Below, one piece after another: positions 11,201 to 23,500 of a stretch of DNA of 64,000 nt. Source of the DNA: Hydrolagus colliei. Its lineage: Eukaryota. The stretch spans positions 11,470,001 to 11,534,000 of the forward strand of contig CM068758.1 of assembly GCA_035084275.1 (NCBI GenBank), written 5' to 3'. The stretch's first letter is position 1. Every line of letters starts with the position of its first letter. The notes under the pieces are model-generated. The model saw only the letters and a list, made by a program, of their open reading frames with translations, did no database searches and was not told the DNA's origin. Both the position numbers and the translations under genes were made by a program.

Positions 11201-13714
11201 GTGCGGCTTTGTTAGCGCAGTGTTGTTGTTGTTGTTGTGAATGTCTGCACAGGTCAGTTACTGCCTCTGACCCTGTGTGTGTGTGTGTGTGGGGGGGGGG
11301 TTCCAGTAAGTGATCTGTGGTGTGACTTCGTAGTTTGGGATAACAACAAGTGAGCCCAGCAAGAGGAGATGGCCTGAACTGGAATAAAAAGCATGACAGC
11401 TAGCCGCAAACAAACGTGGTGATGGGATTCAGTGTGTCACTGAAGTTAACATTCACGTTGACAAGAGGCTTGCATTGGATGCAGAGAAGTAGCTAATAGG
11501 ACACTTTTTAAACAACAGTAATAATACTTCTCTGTGCACTGTTCAAGAAAATAAAGCCAGATTATTTAAGTATTTGATCCTAAATATGTCTTAAATTGAA
11601 TTTGCCTGACCTAATCAACCGTGCAAGGTAAATTGAATGAACCTGTGACACCTGATAGAAGGTGGAAATTCTGAATTAAGTCCTGATTGGATATTCTGTG
11701 TTTGTTTGTTTGTTTGAAATATATTTTGGATGTGCTGAATAATCCGGTTTAATTATTTCAGAATTTAGGGCTTTCTGGGCTAGAATCTAATGAAATTAAT
11801 TAGTTCACTTAACTGTTTGCAACCTTTGTTGTGAAAACAGTGGACATTGTTTAAATCAGATGATGTGATTGTCAGCCTTGTTCAGTTGTTTGCACTTGAG
11901 ATTTGGAAAGTTAGAAGCTTGTTGGTGCAGGCTCCATGTGAGGACTTTGGAATTGTTGGGGTGCTGGATTAGCCAAACATTAAACTGAGGTCCCTTCTGC
12001 CAGTTTAGGTAAATGTTAAAGATCCTGATGCATATTGGGAAAAGAGAAGTAGGGAGTTTTTCCTGTTATAAAATTGTTTGTTTCATGACTATTTGTGGAA
12101 CATGGCTGTGTGCAAATTGGCTGACATGTTTCGCCTACGAATTCACAATCCACTTTAAAGTGAAAACTTGATGTCTGGATGATGTGATAGGTGCAATATC
12201 GATTGCAAGAATTATTTATAGCGTATCAAATCCATTTATGTACACTGCCTTTGATTTAGATAAAAGTTGAATTTAGTAAATTACAATAATTCTAATAATC
12301 CAGCAAATAATTGTAAATATGTCAGATTGACTGTGGTTGTATTCCCATAGCCACTTTTGCTGAACAAAGCATTGCAGCGGACATTTAGATTGAAGAATTG
12401 TATTTGATTGATCACTGGCAATTATGCTGTGTTGATTAATATGTATAAAGTATTTTAGGTGTTTAGGAACTGAGCATAACATTTTCAAATTTTCCTTTTA
12501 AAAACCATACAAGTAAAATCGTCAAGTGCCTACAAAATGCAGTGTTTGAAAAGTTGGTGCTCAGAGTTCATTTAAAATCACAGGTCACAAAATTTGGCTT
12601 GTGATTTTTTTTGGTAAGAACACAGTTTGCGCAAGTCTCAGTCTATATTGGATATTTAGATTTGTACGTATCATAGAAATAACCGTGTTCAATACCATTG
12701 CCTTATCAAAGTACAATTGCCATATGGGGCAATACTATGGACTCGAGTGACCTTGATAAGAAAACATTTCAAAGTCTCTTGTGAGGCAGTAGAAAGTTTT
12801 ATTGCTAAAAAAATTTTTGCTCCCCGAAGAGATCAGGGAATGAATCTTGGCGTGTGTATTTGAGTATTTTGTGGAAGATGGGTTTTGGGTGAGACGTTGA
12901 TGGTTGGTTAATTGGAGAGGGGGGAGTGATGTCTCTACATATTGTGCTCCCTCCCTTGCCTCCTTCAAGGCTGGTCTCAAGACCCTCCTCTTCGATTGTC
13001 CCTTCCAACTCTATCCCTCCCCTTCCCCTCACTCTGCCCTTCACCCTTGCTTGGGTCCCCCACCCTTGACTGTTGAGCACCTTGGGATGTCCTCCCGACT
13101 TGAAGGGCACCCTATACATGTAATTTTGTTGTTGTTGTTGATTATTTTGTTGTTGTTGTTGAAGTTTGGGGAACAGCTGTGGTGACGTAGCAAGCAAAGT
13201 TCAGAGACAGACAGAGAGAGGGAGGGAGAGAGAGAGAGGAGAGAAGTGTGTGTGTATGGAGTTGGTGACATTCGTGTTGTAATTTGTTTTTAAGCCGAAA
13301 CTGCGTAAGGGACTTGACTTGAAGGCTTGTGTACCTCAGTTTTATTATATTTTTTTGGGAGGGGGTCTGTGTGGGAGGGGGTGTGGGGGGCGAGTTGGAC
13401 GCGCAACAGCTGTCGATGTTGCTTGGAACCTCCTAATTCCTGAGAGAGAGAAAGAGAGAGGTGGGGGGTGGGGGAGGAATATATATATATATGTGTGTGT
13501 ATATATATACACATACATAAATATATATATAAAATATAGAGAAAGAGAGAGATAGACTCTGGCTGGGAATATGAACCTTTGGCCGTTCAGAACCCGCACC
13601 GAAAGGCCGAGCCCATGGTGAGGAGGAGGAGGAGGAAGCCGGTGGAGGAAGCCGCCGAGGAGCGCCAGGATGGGTATGGGGTGGTGGGGAAGGGTGGGGG
13701 AGAAGAAGCCAGTG

Positions 13715-13806
13715 GCGTGGGGCTGGGTGGAGGGACACTTTCGGCGGCTCTCGGCGACCGACTATCCCGAGAGCCGCCGAAAGTGTCTCTCCACCCAGCC
13801 CCACGC
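13715..13806. repeat. Near-perfect inverted repeat: 40-bp arms, 12-nt loop
   Basis: 13715-13754 versus 13767-13806: 39 of 40 complementary; the single mismatch is a G-U pair in + strand RNA. Confidence 0.97.
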
Positions 13807-14272
13807 TTACCAGCTTCACCCGACCCGGTTGCCGCCTTTGGGAAGCGGTGGGGAGACAGCGATCGATCCCGGGGGGTGAAGGGAAGGGAAAGTGTGGGTT
13901 GGGGTGTGTGTGTGTGGGGGGGGGGGGGGGGGGGGTTGACGGGAGAGATTGGGTGGGTGGGTGGTTGGTTGGTGGTAGGATTCAAGGAGAAAAACAACGG
14001 CGGCCATGTTGTTAACACAATTTTTTTTGTTCAGAGCTTTATAACTTAAATGGATTTGTGTTTTATTGTGTGTGTGTGTGTCTCTGTCTGCGTGTGTGTG
14101 TGTCTGTGTGTGTGTCTGCGTATGTTGAGTTTTTTTGGGTTGTGGTTGATTTTCTGGTTTTGGACACTTTTTTCCCCCCCTCTCTCTTTCTCTTCTCTCT
14201 CTCTCTTTTCTCTCTACTCTCTTTTCTCTCTCCCTCTCTCCTCTCTTCTCCACCACCACCACCACCATCAGG

Positions 14273-14579
14273 ATGACGGCGAGGTGTGTGGTTGATGAGG
14301 GGCTGAAGCCATTGTGCAAAAGGTCTGGGCAAGAGGAGAACGCAGAGGGAGATGGTGAGAGTGAAGAAGGAGGTGGTGGTGGAGGAGGAGGTGGCGGCAA
14401 CAGCAGCAGCAGTTCTCAACACAACACAAAGAGAGAAGATCCATCGGCACCGACCGCTGGCACCAGCCAGGATCAACATCATTTCTTAAGATCCAGCGTC
14501 AGGCCACCCAGCAAGAGGCTGAGGAAAGATTCCACCACTTGCAACGGATCCAATGCCTCCCAAAACCATAAAGGAAAAG
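14273..14579 (+). CDS. CRAMP1: CRAMP1 coding exon 1
   Basis: Acceptor AG 14270-71, ATG 14273, [12 protein letters not shown]...[21 protein letters not shown]...KGK, donor GT 14580. Confidence 0.9.
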
Positions 14580-17500
14580 GTAAAAAGAAAAGAGAGAGAG
14601 AGAGAGAAGGGTGATGTAGCCTGCCCTGGTCAGGTTTGGTGTGAGCACATTATTCATTGCCATCAGTCTTCAAGTGTGTCAATCCAGCAGTTTGTATTGC
14701 TAAAAATTCTCAGGGGGAGGATAATTTTGGATGCTCTCACGAAGTTACGTTAATACTGTTTTGATATGAAACAAGTCCCTGGAAACCCTTGGCTCGCTGG
14801 CGTAGCACAGAGGCCTTGCAATGGAAATCATTTGAAGAAAATCATTAATCCCCTTCATTGGGAGAATAACTATAAGATTTCTGTGTATATGATATACTGT
14901 GTGTCTGAATTTGTGAAATATATTTTCGTAAATTGTGGATTCAATGTAAGTGCATATGAGAGTGGAATCCAGCTAGCACTGTGACTGCAAACAGCTCAGT
15001 TTTCAATGGAGCAGCAAATCCAGCAAACATGCTTTAGGAAACAACTGCCCTGTGTGACAACAGTATACTTTAAATCATTAAAAACATTATAAGAACAAAT
15101 AACAATAGTCTTGGATAAACAATATTGTGTGAAAAATGCATTACTGGGGATAGTGAACTAAACTTACTCTTGTTGATGAGCTTTCCTTCACATTCTGTCA
15201 GTGGTGTATTATTCAGATGTCATTGCTATAATCCCATTCATTTATGTGGGTCAATGGCTAATGTATACTTAAATGCTACATAGTATATACCTTCTATAAT
15301 AAGTAAAGGTTAATGTCCATTATGACCTTTCAGTTTCTATTTCAAATTACACGCTGGGAGAAGCACTTTTCGAATGTTGCCATGGAATCTCTAATACCCA
15401 CTTGAACAGCTACAGACAGGACCTCAGTTAATGTTTCACTTGAAGCATGACGTCTCTGACATTGCAGCACTCCCCTATCATGCTGCATTGTCAATCTGCA
15501 CTGTGACCTTAATGTCCTGACGTGGGATGTCATTGTTAAGATGTTATCCCAACCCCTGATTGTCCAGTGCTCTGGGACGTTTTTTTGGCGTGAAGGGCGC
15601 TATACAAGTGTAATTTGTTCTCGTTATGGCTTCTTTACTTACACCATGCTGTCTCTTCACACATATTCAGCAATGTAATGTAGAATAACGGGTATTTGGC
15701 AAATACCTCTCTACTGATAATAGACTATTCGGACATTACTCTTACAGTTTTTGAAGTCATCCGAATTAATTTACCTCCTTGTATTTACCGTCACCGCCAG
15801 GTATAAATTGACGGTGATTCTGATCCTGTGTTTGGCAGTATGAACCTTGGGTCTAATTTTCATGATTCAAATTGTGTGATTTATTGCTTTAATTGTAGCA
15901 TCTGCTGTCTGCTACCGCATTTTGCCCACAAAATTATCGCCTACACCATCTATTTTATTAAGGTATTCATGTTATCATTCTCAGTCACAGACCTCCTGCA
16001 TCATCATACCATTGCACAAACCAATGAATACCAAGTTTTCATCTTATTCCATGATTTGGAAGAATTATGAAGCACATAAGCTTTGATGTTACAGTTTGAA
16101 ATGAGATTTCTGGCTTGCAAACATTCTCTCTCTTCATCCATTAATTTCATTTGACTCAACTTGAGATATAACAAGTGAAATGCTTTGTTCTTTTGGAGCA
16201 GACTGAGAATGATAACTTAAGAAACTAGAGGGTGTAAGGAATAATTTACTTGTGATGGCCAAATTTACCGTGCTCTTATCCATTCCTTTGAGAAGTCGAT
16301 TCTGTTTTACCTTCTTTAGTTGAGATAGTAAATAATAATCCTAGCATTTGATAGAGCATCTTATCACATCACCTAGATGTCGCAGGTCACTTCACAGAAT
16401 ATGCTGTAAAGTGAATTGACTTTATATTTGTTGGCGAAACGTAGCAGTCGATTAATTAATCCTCTAACCCAGAACAAGCTGGGACTGGCCTGGTGTCTAC
16501 CAGTTTCACGATCTATTGTTCAGGGTACAGGGCTGGAATTGCCACTCACTACATAAAATGAAACTGCTACACCTTTTGGCTATTCATTTTAGGGCTTCAG
16601 GTTTGGTGCCACCTTTTACTGCCGGCTATGAGCTGTGTCACATGCCGATTGTAACACTGGTGACAATTACACTTTGTGTTCCAAGATTTGAGATTTCGCA
16701 TCATGAACACACAGATGATATTGTTGGTGATCCATGTAAGATAAACATCTACATCTACTGAAGAATAGTTCAGGTCAAGGGGGTGGTTGATTTTACAACT
16801 GTAAACATCAGTAATGTTACCAACTCGCATGCTTTAGTATCTACCTTAAATTGCCATTATGTCCAGCTATTGTTGCTTGTAATCTGTCAACACTGTGTGC
16901 TGAATATAGTAATGATGTGTTCTGCAGAATTCCTGCCCTTAATGTAAATTTTTTGAACAGATTTTGATATTACCATCTGTGTACCTTCTACAGGTCCTGA
17001 GGGAGGAGCTACCACCTCTGGCTGCACATCTGGCATTGCCGTGGGCACAGGTGGAGCGAGCAGTAAAGGAACTGGGAAGAGCTTATCTTCTATCTCGGGA
17101 GAAAAGGAGGAAGGGAATAAGAAGAAGGCTCGTAGGCAGTGGGAATCCTGGAGTGCGGAGGACAAAAACTCCTTTTTCGAAGGGCTGTATGAGGTACATG
17201 TTGTGTCTGGATTGAAGTGTTCAGTGTTTTTGTGCAAAATCACACAGATTCAAATCTGCAATATAACAGAATTTAGCAGATAAATTCTGTAATTCTTGTA
17301 GTTTACGAGATGATTCGATCAAGAATTAAATTTCCCATTGTGCAGAGAAAAGATCGATTGTCATGGTGTCAATACTCAGTTCTTCATGCGAGATTGTCAC
17401 TTAAGGATTGTTTAATTTCCTCCTAACGCCCGAACCTGATTCAACAGTGTCATGGATTCACTTTGATTCACTTCATCTGTCAGCCACAGGCTTAGGATTG

Positions 17501-20500
17501 TAGCCCAGGGTACCAATTGGAAGGAAGCAGCAGGTTAAAACCTGTAGTTTTACAGGTAATGCCATTCCCAGATGGTAGTGCTAGGATGTGGTGCTTAGCT
17601 GGAGAGCAATCTAGGGATCTGTGTTTTGGATTTGCCATGCAGTGGTTTGTCTTGTGACTGTCTGTCAGTTGGTGATTCCAGTGACCTGATCCTTTGTTTG
17701 AGAGTACAGCATTACTTAGGTGTACAGTATTAGGTGTACAGTATTAGGTGTACAGTATTAGGTAGATGATGTAGTCTGCTGACTTTGCATGAAGAGTTGC
17801 ACAGTGACAACAAAATGTTAAACACAGAAGATTTTAGCATTTTCACCCGGATTTATGCTTATCTCACCCCTGCCCGCGCCCCACACCAATGCTTATTAGT
17901 GGTTAACAAAGAGGACCTTTGTCTGTGGAAACACTGTGAAACTCTGTTATATTGCGGATTTGCCTGTAACACCACAATTAGGTTGTGGCCCTCAATATCT
18001 TACCTTTAAAAATTCAAAATCCTCACATCAGCATTACAAATCTGTCAGTGTGAGTCACATCTCGTCTGTGTAATAATGGGATGTCAAGCACATTGCGTGG
18101 GCTAGGAAGGTACTTTGTGCTCAGAGTAATGTCACTGGACACGTGATCAGTGCTTTACAGTGTGGGGAGGTGGGAGGGGATTGGGGGGGCGCTGACTACT
18201 GGAAGCCCGTGTGTGATCCTGTCCCGTTATGAGACTTGTTGGAATTTTATCCTCCCTCCAGCTGCTGCCCTTCTATTGGGATTCTACTGCTTTCTGCTTC
18301 TAATTAATGATTAAAAAGTTGCTTAGAGTTGATCTGTTTAATATTTTCCATTGGAATGTTGGATCTGTGGTGGAATTGCAGTGATGTGTTTGTGTGTAAA
18401 GCTATTGGTCCCTATGACGCTATTCTCTTCCCCTTTGTGATTGGGTTTTCCCAGACCATGTGTCACAGGAGATCTGTTCCCAAGCCTCTGCAATGACTTT
18501 CTAAGTCCTGCCACTGGGATGTTCTCTAGAGTGGCTTTGGGTGATTTCCATTTATTTGGGTTTCAAGTGGTCTGTTGGCACATTCTTGCTGATTCTTGTG
18601 TGTGTGATAGGGAGATGCCCTTAGCCACTACACTTTGATCCTATGTGTTGCTCTATATACTGACTACTCTATTTATTATTATTAACCTCCTTCTTCTGTG
18701 TGCTTAATGATACTCTATTCATTACAAAATCCAGACTGTTGTACTGGTTTGATTTCAGTTGAATAATTCAAAACATGATGTTCCTGTTTTATTTTCTGTA
18801 GCATGGGAAGGATTTTGAAGCCATACAGAATAACATCGCTCTGAAGTATAAGAAGAAAGGGAAACCGGCCAGTATGGTGAAAAACAAGGAGCAGGTTCGG
18901 CACTTCTATTACCGCACGTGGCATAAAATCTCCAAATACATTGACTTCAACAATGGTGAGTGTCACCCCGTGGGTGGCTATGCATTCTTTCTCATGTGAT
19001 GATGTTACTCCTTTGATTTTTATACCTAGCGCATTTGGAAGAACTCTCACGAAAACACTTCAAGATTTTACTGTAAAGTGTAGTGACTGCATTTGCCAGC
19101 GAGCAATGTTAGTCAGGAGTAGTCTTGTCTTGTCCTGTCAAGCTCTCCGGGACTACTCTGCATAAAGGGTGCTATGTAAATGCATGTTGTGGTTTAAAAA
19201 TGGTGTACAGTAGGTGTGGGAAGATAGTTCAGTGCTGTTGGTGAAGAAAGTCCTGTCAGCACTTCCCTGAGGTTTTCCAGCAGTGTAGATCAAGTATGGA
19301 AGGTTCTTCACAGTTTCTAGAAATCTAAAATTACTTGGTATTTATGGCCTCACTCAGATCATTATCTGATAGTTTATGATATCTGCAATCAGTGATATGG
19401 AAAATACCTCTGCCGTCCATTGCAAAGCATATAAGACTTGTTGAGTTTGTGGCAACAATAGTCTCGTCTCAGGATACTGATAAATTGCTTGAGTTACTAT
19501 TGTGGTTATGGTCCCTTCTGAACTCTGTTCAGTGCGATTATTTTTGCTTAGTCTTTGAATCTATCCCTTTCTATTCAGGATTTGCTATTTAGGGTGTCCA
19601 GGCCATAGAATTTCTTTGTAGTAAACTTGTAACCATTGATATTGCAGTTAATGAATTCTCTGGAGTAAGAATGCTCCTGTATATCAGTGGCCTTACCAGT
19701 GCACCAGTTTCAAATGTTGCTCTTCTAGATTAAGACACAATTTCCTTGACTACATTGTTTTTGTAAATGCATCCTGCTGACTCTCTGTGTGCACCTAGTC
19801 ACTTTGTATTGCGTTATATTTCAAGCTGGTATCTTAAGTATTCTTGTCTGACGGAGATTTGGGTAAAAGGTGTATTTGTAAATGGCTTTTAATTGCAAGA
19901 TTTTGATTTTCACAGTTTTAGATAGTGTTCAAATTAATCAGAATATGGTGTACATGGTGTGCAGTTGTCTAGTCATTAAAAATAATCGAGTAGTGACCTG
20001 TAGGAAAGCAGCAATAAATTTATTTTTCAAATCAGCAAAGCTGTAGAGCAATGCCTGCTCACCATTGATGCTCATCATGTTACCTTAGCAAAGCACCTAC
20101 AATGATACCAAGTCTCTACTGTGACTGATTGACTTGCTCAAGGTGACTGAATGCAACTGAATGCCCATTGAGAATGAAGTTTCTCCCAGTATTCCTGGAC
20201 AACAATTCTTTCCCCGGCCTCGCCCCCAAACAAAATTGTTCTTTTGGTATTTGTGGGACATTGCTGTGCAAAATTGTACTGCTGAAAAATCAGTCACTGC
20301 ATTTCACAGTAAATCCTGTGGGGTACTTTGAGACCTCCTTCTGACATCATAAGGCACTATACGAAATGCAAGGATTATTATTATTAACATTGAACTTCTT
20401 ATTTGTTTCTGTAACTGCAGCATTTGGAAATGTTGACAAAAGTTAATTTTCCAAGTAATTTAGCATTTCTCCAGAAGTGCAGTTAACCCATACCTTTCTC

Positions 20501-23500
20501 CAGTGATTGGGAAGCACAGATGAAGAACTACTTCATCACCATACTTTCTTGTTTCTGCTGTATTTTGCAGATATACCCCTGATGGTTTGTGTTCTATTGT
20601 GCTGTGCAGTTTGATTGCCTGTCAGCTGGGACTCCCACTGGTTATGTGATTTGGGGAGGCCAGCTTTGCTGCTTCGACTCTTAAAATCTCAATTATGCAG
20701 GAATAATTTCTGTAAATTGCACTCATTGCAAAATTATTCCTGTGAGACGTGTGATCTAATTCCAGTATTAAAGAGACAAGTCTCTCCACAGGCCCTGGGA
20801 AAACAGTGAACTGTAGTAGATAAGCACTGAGCTAAAGATCAGGATTCTGCAGCAGCCTTCCTCACACATTATTTTCCAGCTGCTGTTATAATACAGTTTT
20901 CAACGTGCTCCCTATTGACTGGCTGCAGGAGTGTGAAAAGCGCAGGACACCTATGGAAAGCACATTCCATCACGCACTTCCATTGCCCCAAAATAACTCA
21001 GAACAAATGCTGTAATTATATATTTGTTGGTTATTTGGGATGTTCTCCCAGCACTATTTTGGTGTCAATGACATTCCTGTGACTGATTCACCATAGGACA
21101 TCACTGGTGCAGTTGACAGCACTCACTGCTTCTAAGTGAGAATGTTGTGAGCTGAAGCCCCACAATGAGGCTTCGTGTCCAGGCGAGAACCCAGATCGCT
21201 TTGCAGGATAATACTGTGAAGTGTAGTTACCTTGTGGGTTTTTTTGTGTGTGTGGACGATCGCAGCAGTCAAATAGCACACTCAGAATCCCACAAGTAGC
21301 CATGGAGTGACTTGTCAAATTTTTCGGGGGGATTGTTGGCCATGTGTCATGGGAACTTTAATGTCCACTTGAACAAGCAAACAGGCGGGAGGATGTTAGA
21401 GGACATTGCTGTGCCCAAATTAGCTGCCGTGTTTGCCTACAAAGTCATACTACTTGACAGTATATTTCTGAAGTGCTTTGAGATGTCTCCGATGTAATGA
21501 GGTGTATCAGATTAATTTTTATCACTTTTGCTACATGCAGGTGCTCTAGTAAAAGAGATGCATCCTCATTCTTAAATGTATTTTTCTTTTTTTTAAAGTA
21601 TTTTCTTTTCACAGTGTTCTCTCGAGGGCTGAAGAAATCCTCCCAGGAACTTTACGGGCTAATCTGTTATGGGGAACTGCGCAAGAAAATTGGCGGGTGT
21701 GAGTATTCTTGAGATCTAACAAAGGAGCAGATACATTGTAATTACTGCTGTTAAAATGGTGCGTTTGGACCCAGAGGTTCTACTATGCCGATATCACAAG
21801 TAAAATTCTTGTAATAAATTCCTGAGACGGGTATGTCTGCAATACTTCAGGGCACTGCTGTTGACTTGGCAGGACTTGGAGGGGCAGACCAGTCACTGGG
21901 AGCAGCACTCAGCTCCCATTAACATTGTAAGTTAACAGTCCCTCTGCCTCACCTCCTTCAAGACCTATCTCAAGACCCTCTTTTTTGATCGTGCCTTCGG
22001 TCACCCTCCGTGCCCCACCACCCCTCCTGATCCCAATCACCAGTTCGGGTGCGGATCCCTGACTGTCCAGCAGCTTTGGATGTCCTTCAGATGTGAAAGG
22101 TGCGATATGTAAGTTGTTGGTAGTTCTAGACGCAGTGATTATTTTAATGCCTTGTTTCACAGGCATGGATGACAAAAATGCAGCTAAACTCAATGAATTG
22201 ATTCACGCTGGGTAAGTGACTATCTTATTTTAAAAGATAACTAGTGCGATTAGTTTTGGCTAGGTATCAAACTATGCCACTGTTACGGGGTTTTTACTGA
22301 GCATGAAGGATGGGTCCTGTCTTAACCCACGGTGAACTCGAGCCCTCAAAACTCTTGGTGGGGTTTTTTGTTTTATTGAAGTGTAAAATATGATAATTTT
22401 ACACAACCTGAAAGCAGAAACAAGCATGCTGCAAAGGTGCCCGGGACATAACACTTTATTGGTTGCTTTAGCGCTGCTAACTTTGATTTCCACTGTGTTT
22501 GCCTAGCTATGGAGAAATGGTTTTGATAGCTATCTGCTCATGTCTGAATGTCTATCACTGTGACCTTGACACCTGAGTCCTGGTGCTTTGGCCTGGTTAA
22601 ACTGATGCTTCTAATGTAGTAGGAAGTGGACTGCATTGTTGGAGGTACTATCCTTCAGATGAAGTCCTGTCTGCCCATTCTAGGAGACTTTAAAGTTCCA
22701 ATCACACTATTGCTGCCCTAGCCAACAATCCCCCAACTAAAATTGGCCACTGACTTCATGGTTGTTTATGGGACAAATTGGCTGCTGCATTCACTGAAAA
22801 ATCACAGTCACTACATTTTACAGATGCCCTCCCGACAAAAAAAGGACTAAATCAATGCAAGATTTTTTGAAAATAATAATAATCCTTGCATTTGATATAG
22901 TACCTAATCACACATCTTCCAGATGTCTCAAAGCGCTTCACACAATATACTGCAAAGTGAGTTGACTGTATAGTTTGTGGTTGAAAAATGGCAGCCAATT
23001 GCACACACCAGAGTGCCACAAACAGCTGTGGATTGAGTGACCAATTTGTTATTGTTTTTAGAAGGAACTATTACCCGGAAAGTGATTCGCCAATCGACTA
23101 ACAACCTACTTATTGCTAGGCAAACAGAGGCATGTGGAGTAAGGAAATCTGCCTAGCGTTTCGCCCTGTCAGGAATTGAACCCAGGTCTCTCGCTTGCGA
23201 GGCGAGTGTTCTAACCGTTGCGCTACAGGACTCTTTATTAAGAAGTTGTGGCTCTCAGCTAAGGGTTGACAGTAAAAAAAAATGCTTTTTGATGCTTCAA
23301 AATTAGCTGATTGAATATTGAATTTACTTGATGCTTTGGTTAATGCTTGATGATGTTTCTGTTTGATTCAGGGCGACCACAGTCCGATACAAAGGCCGAA
23401 ACCTACGAATAAAGGCACCAATGTGTCGAGCTTTAAAAAAACTCTGTGATCCCGATGGTAAGTTTTAGAGAGGCTGCGATTGAATTATTCTGAGATTGCA

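Noticed and set aside
13579-14049. 156 aa ORF (MVRRRRRKPVEE...) and the mirrored 128 aa antisense ORF
   Set aside because: Their similarity comes from the inverted repeat, and the rest is low-complexity sequence with no coding support.
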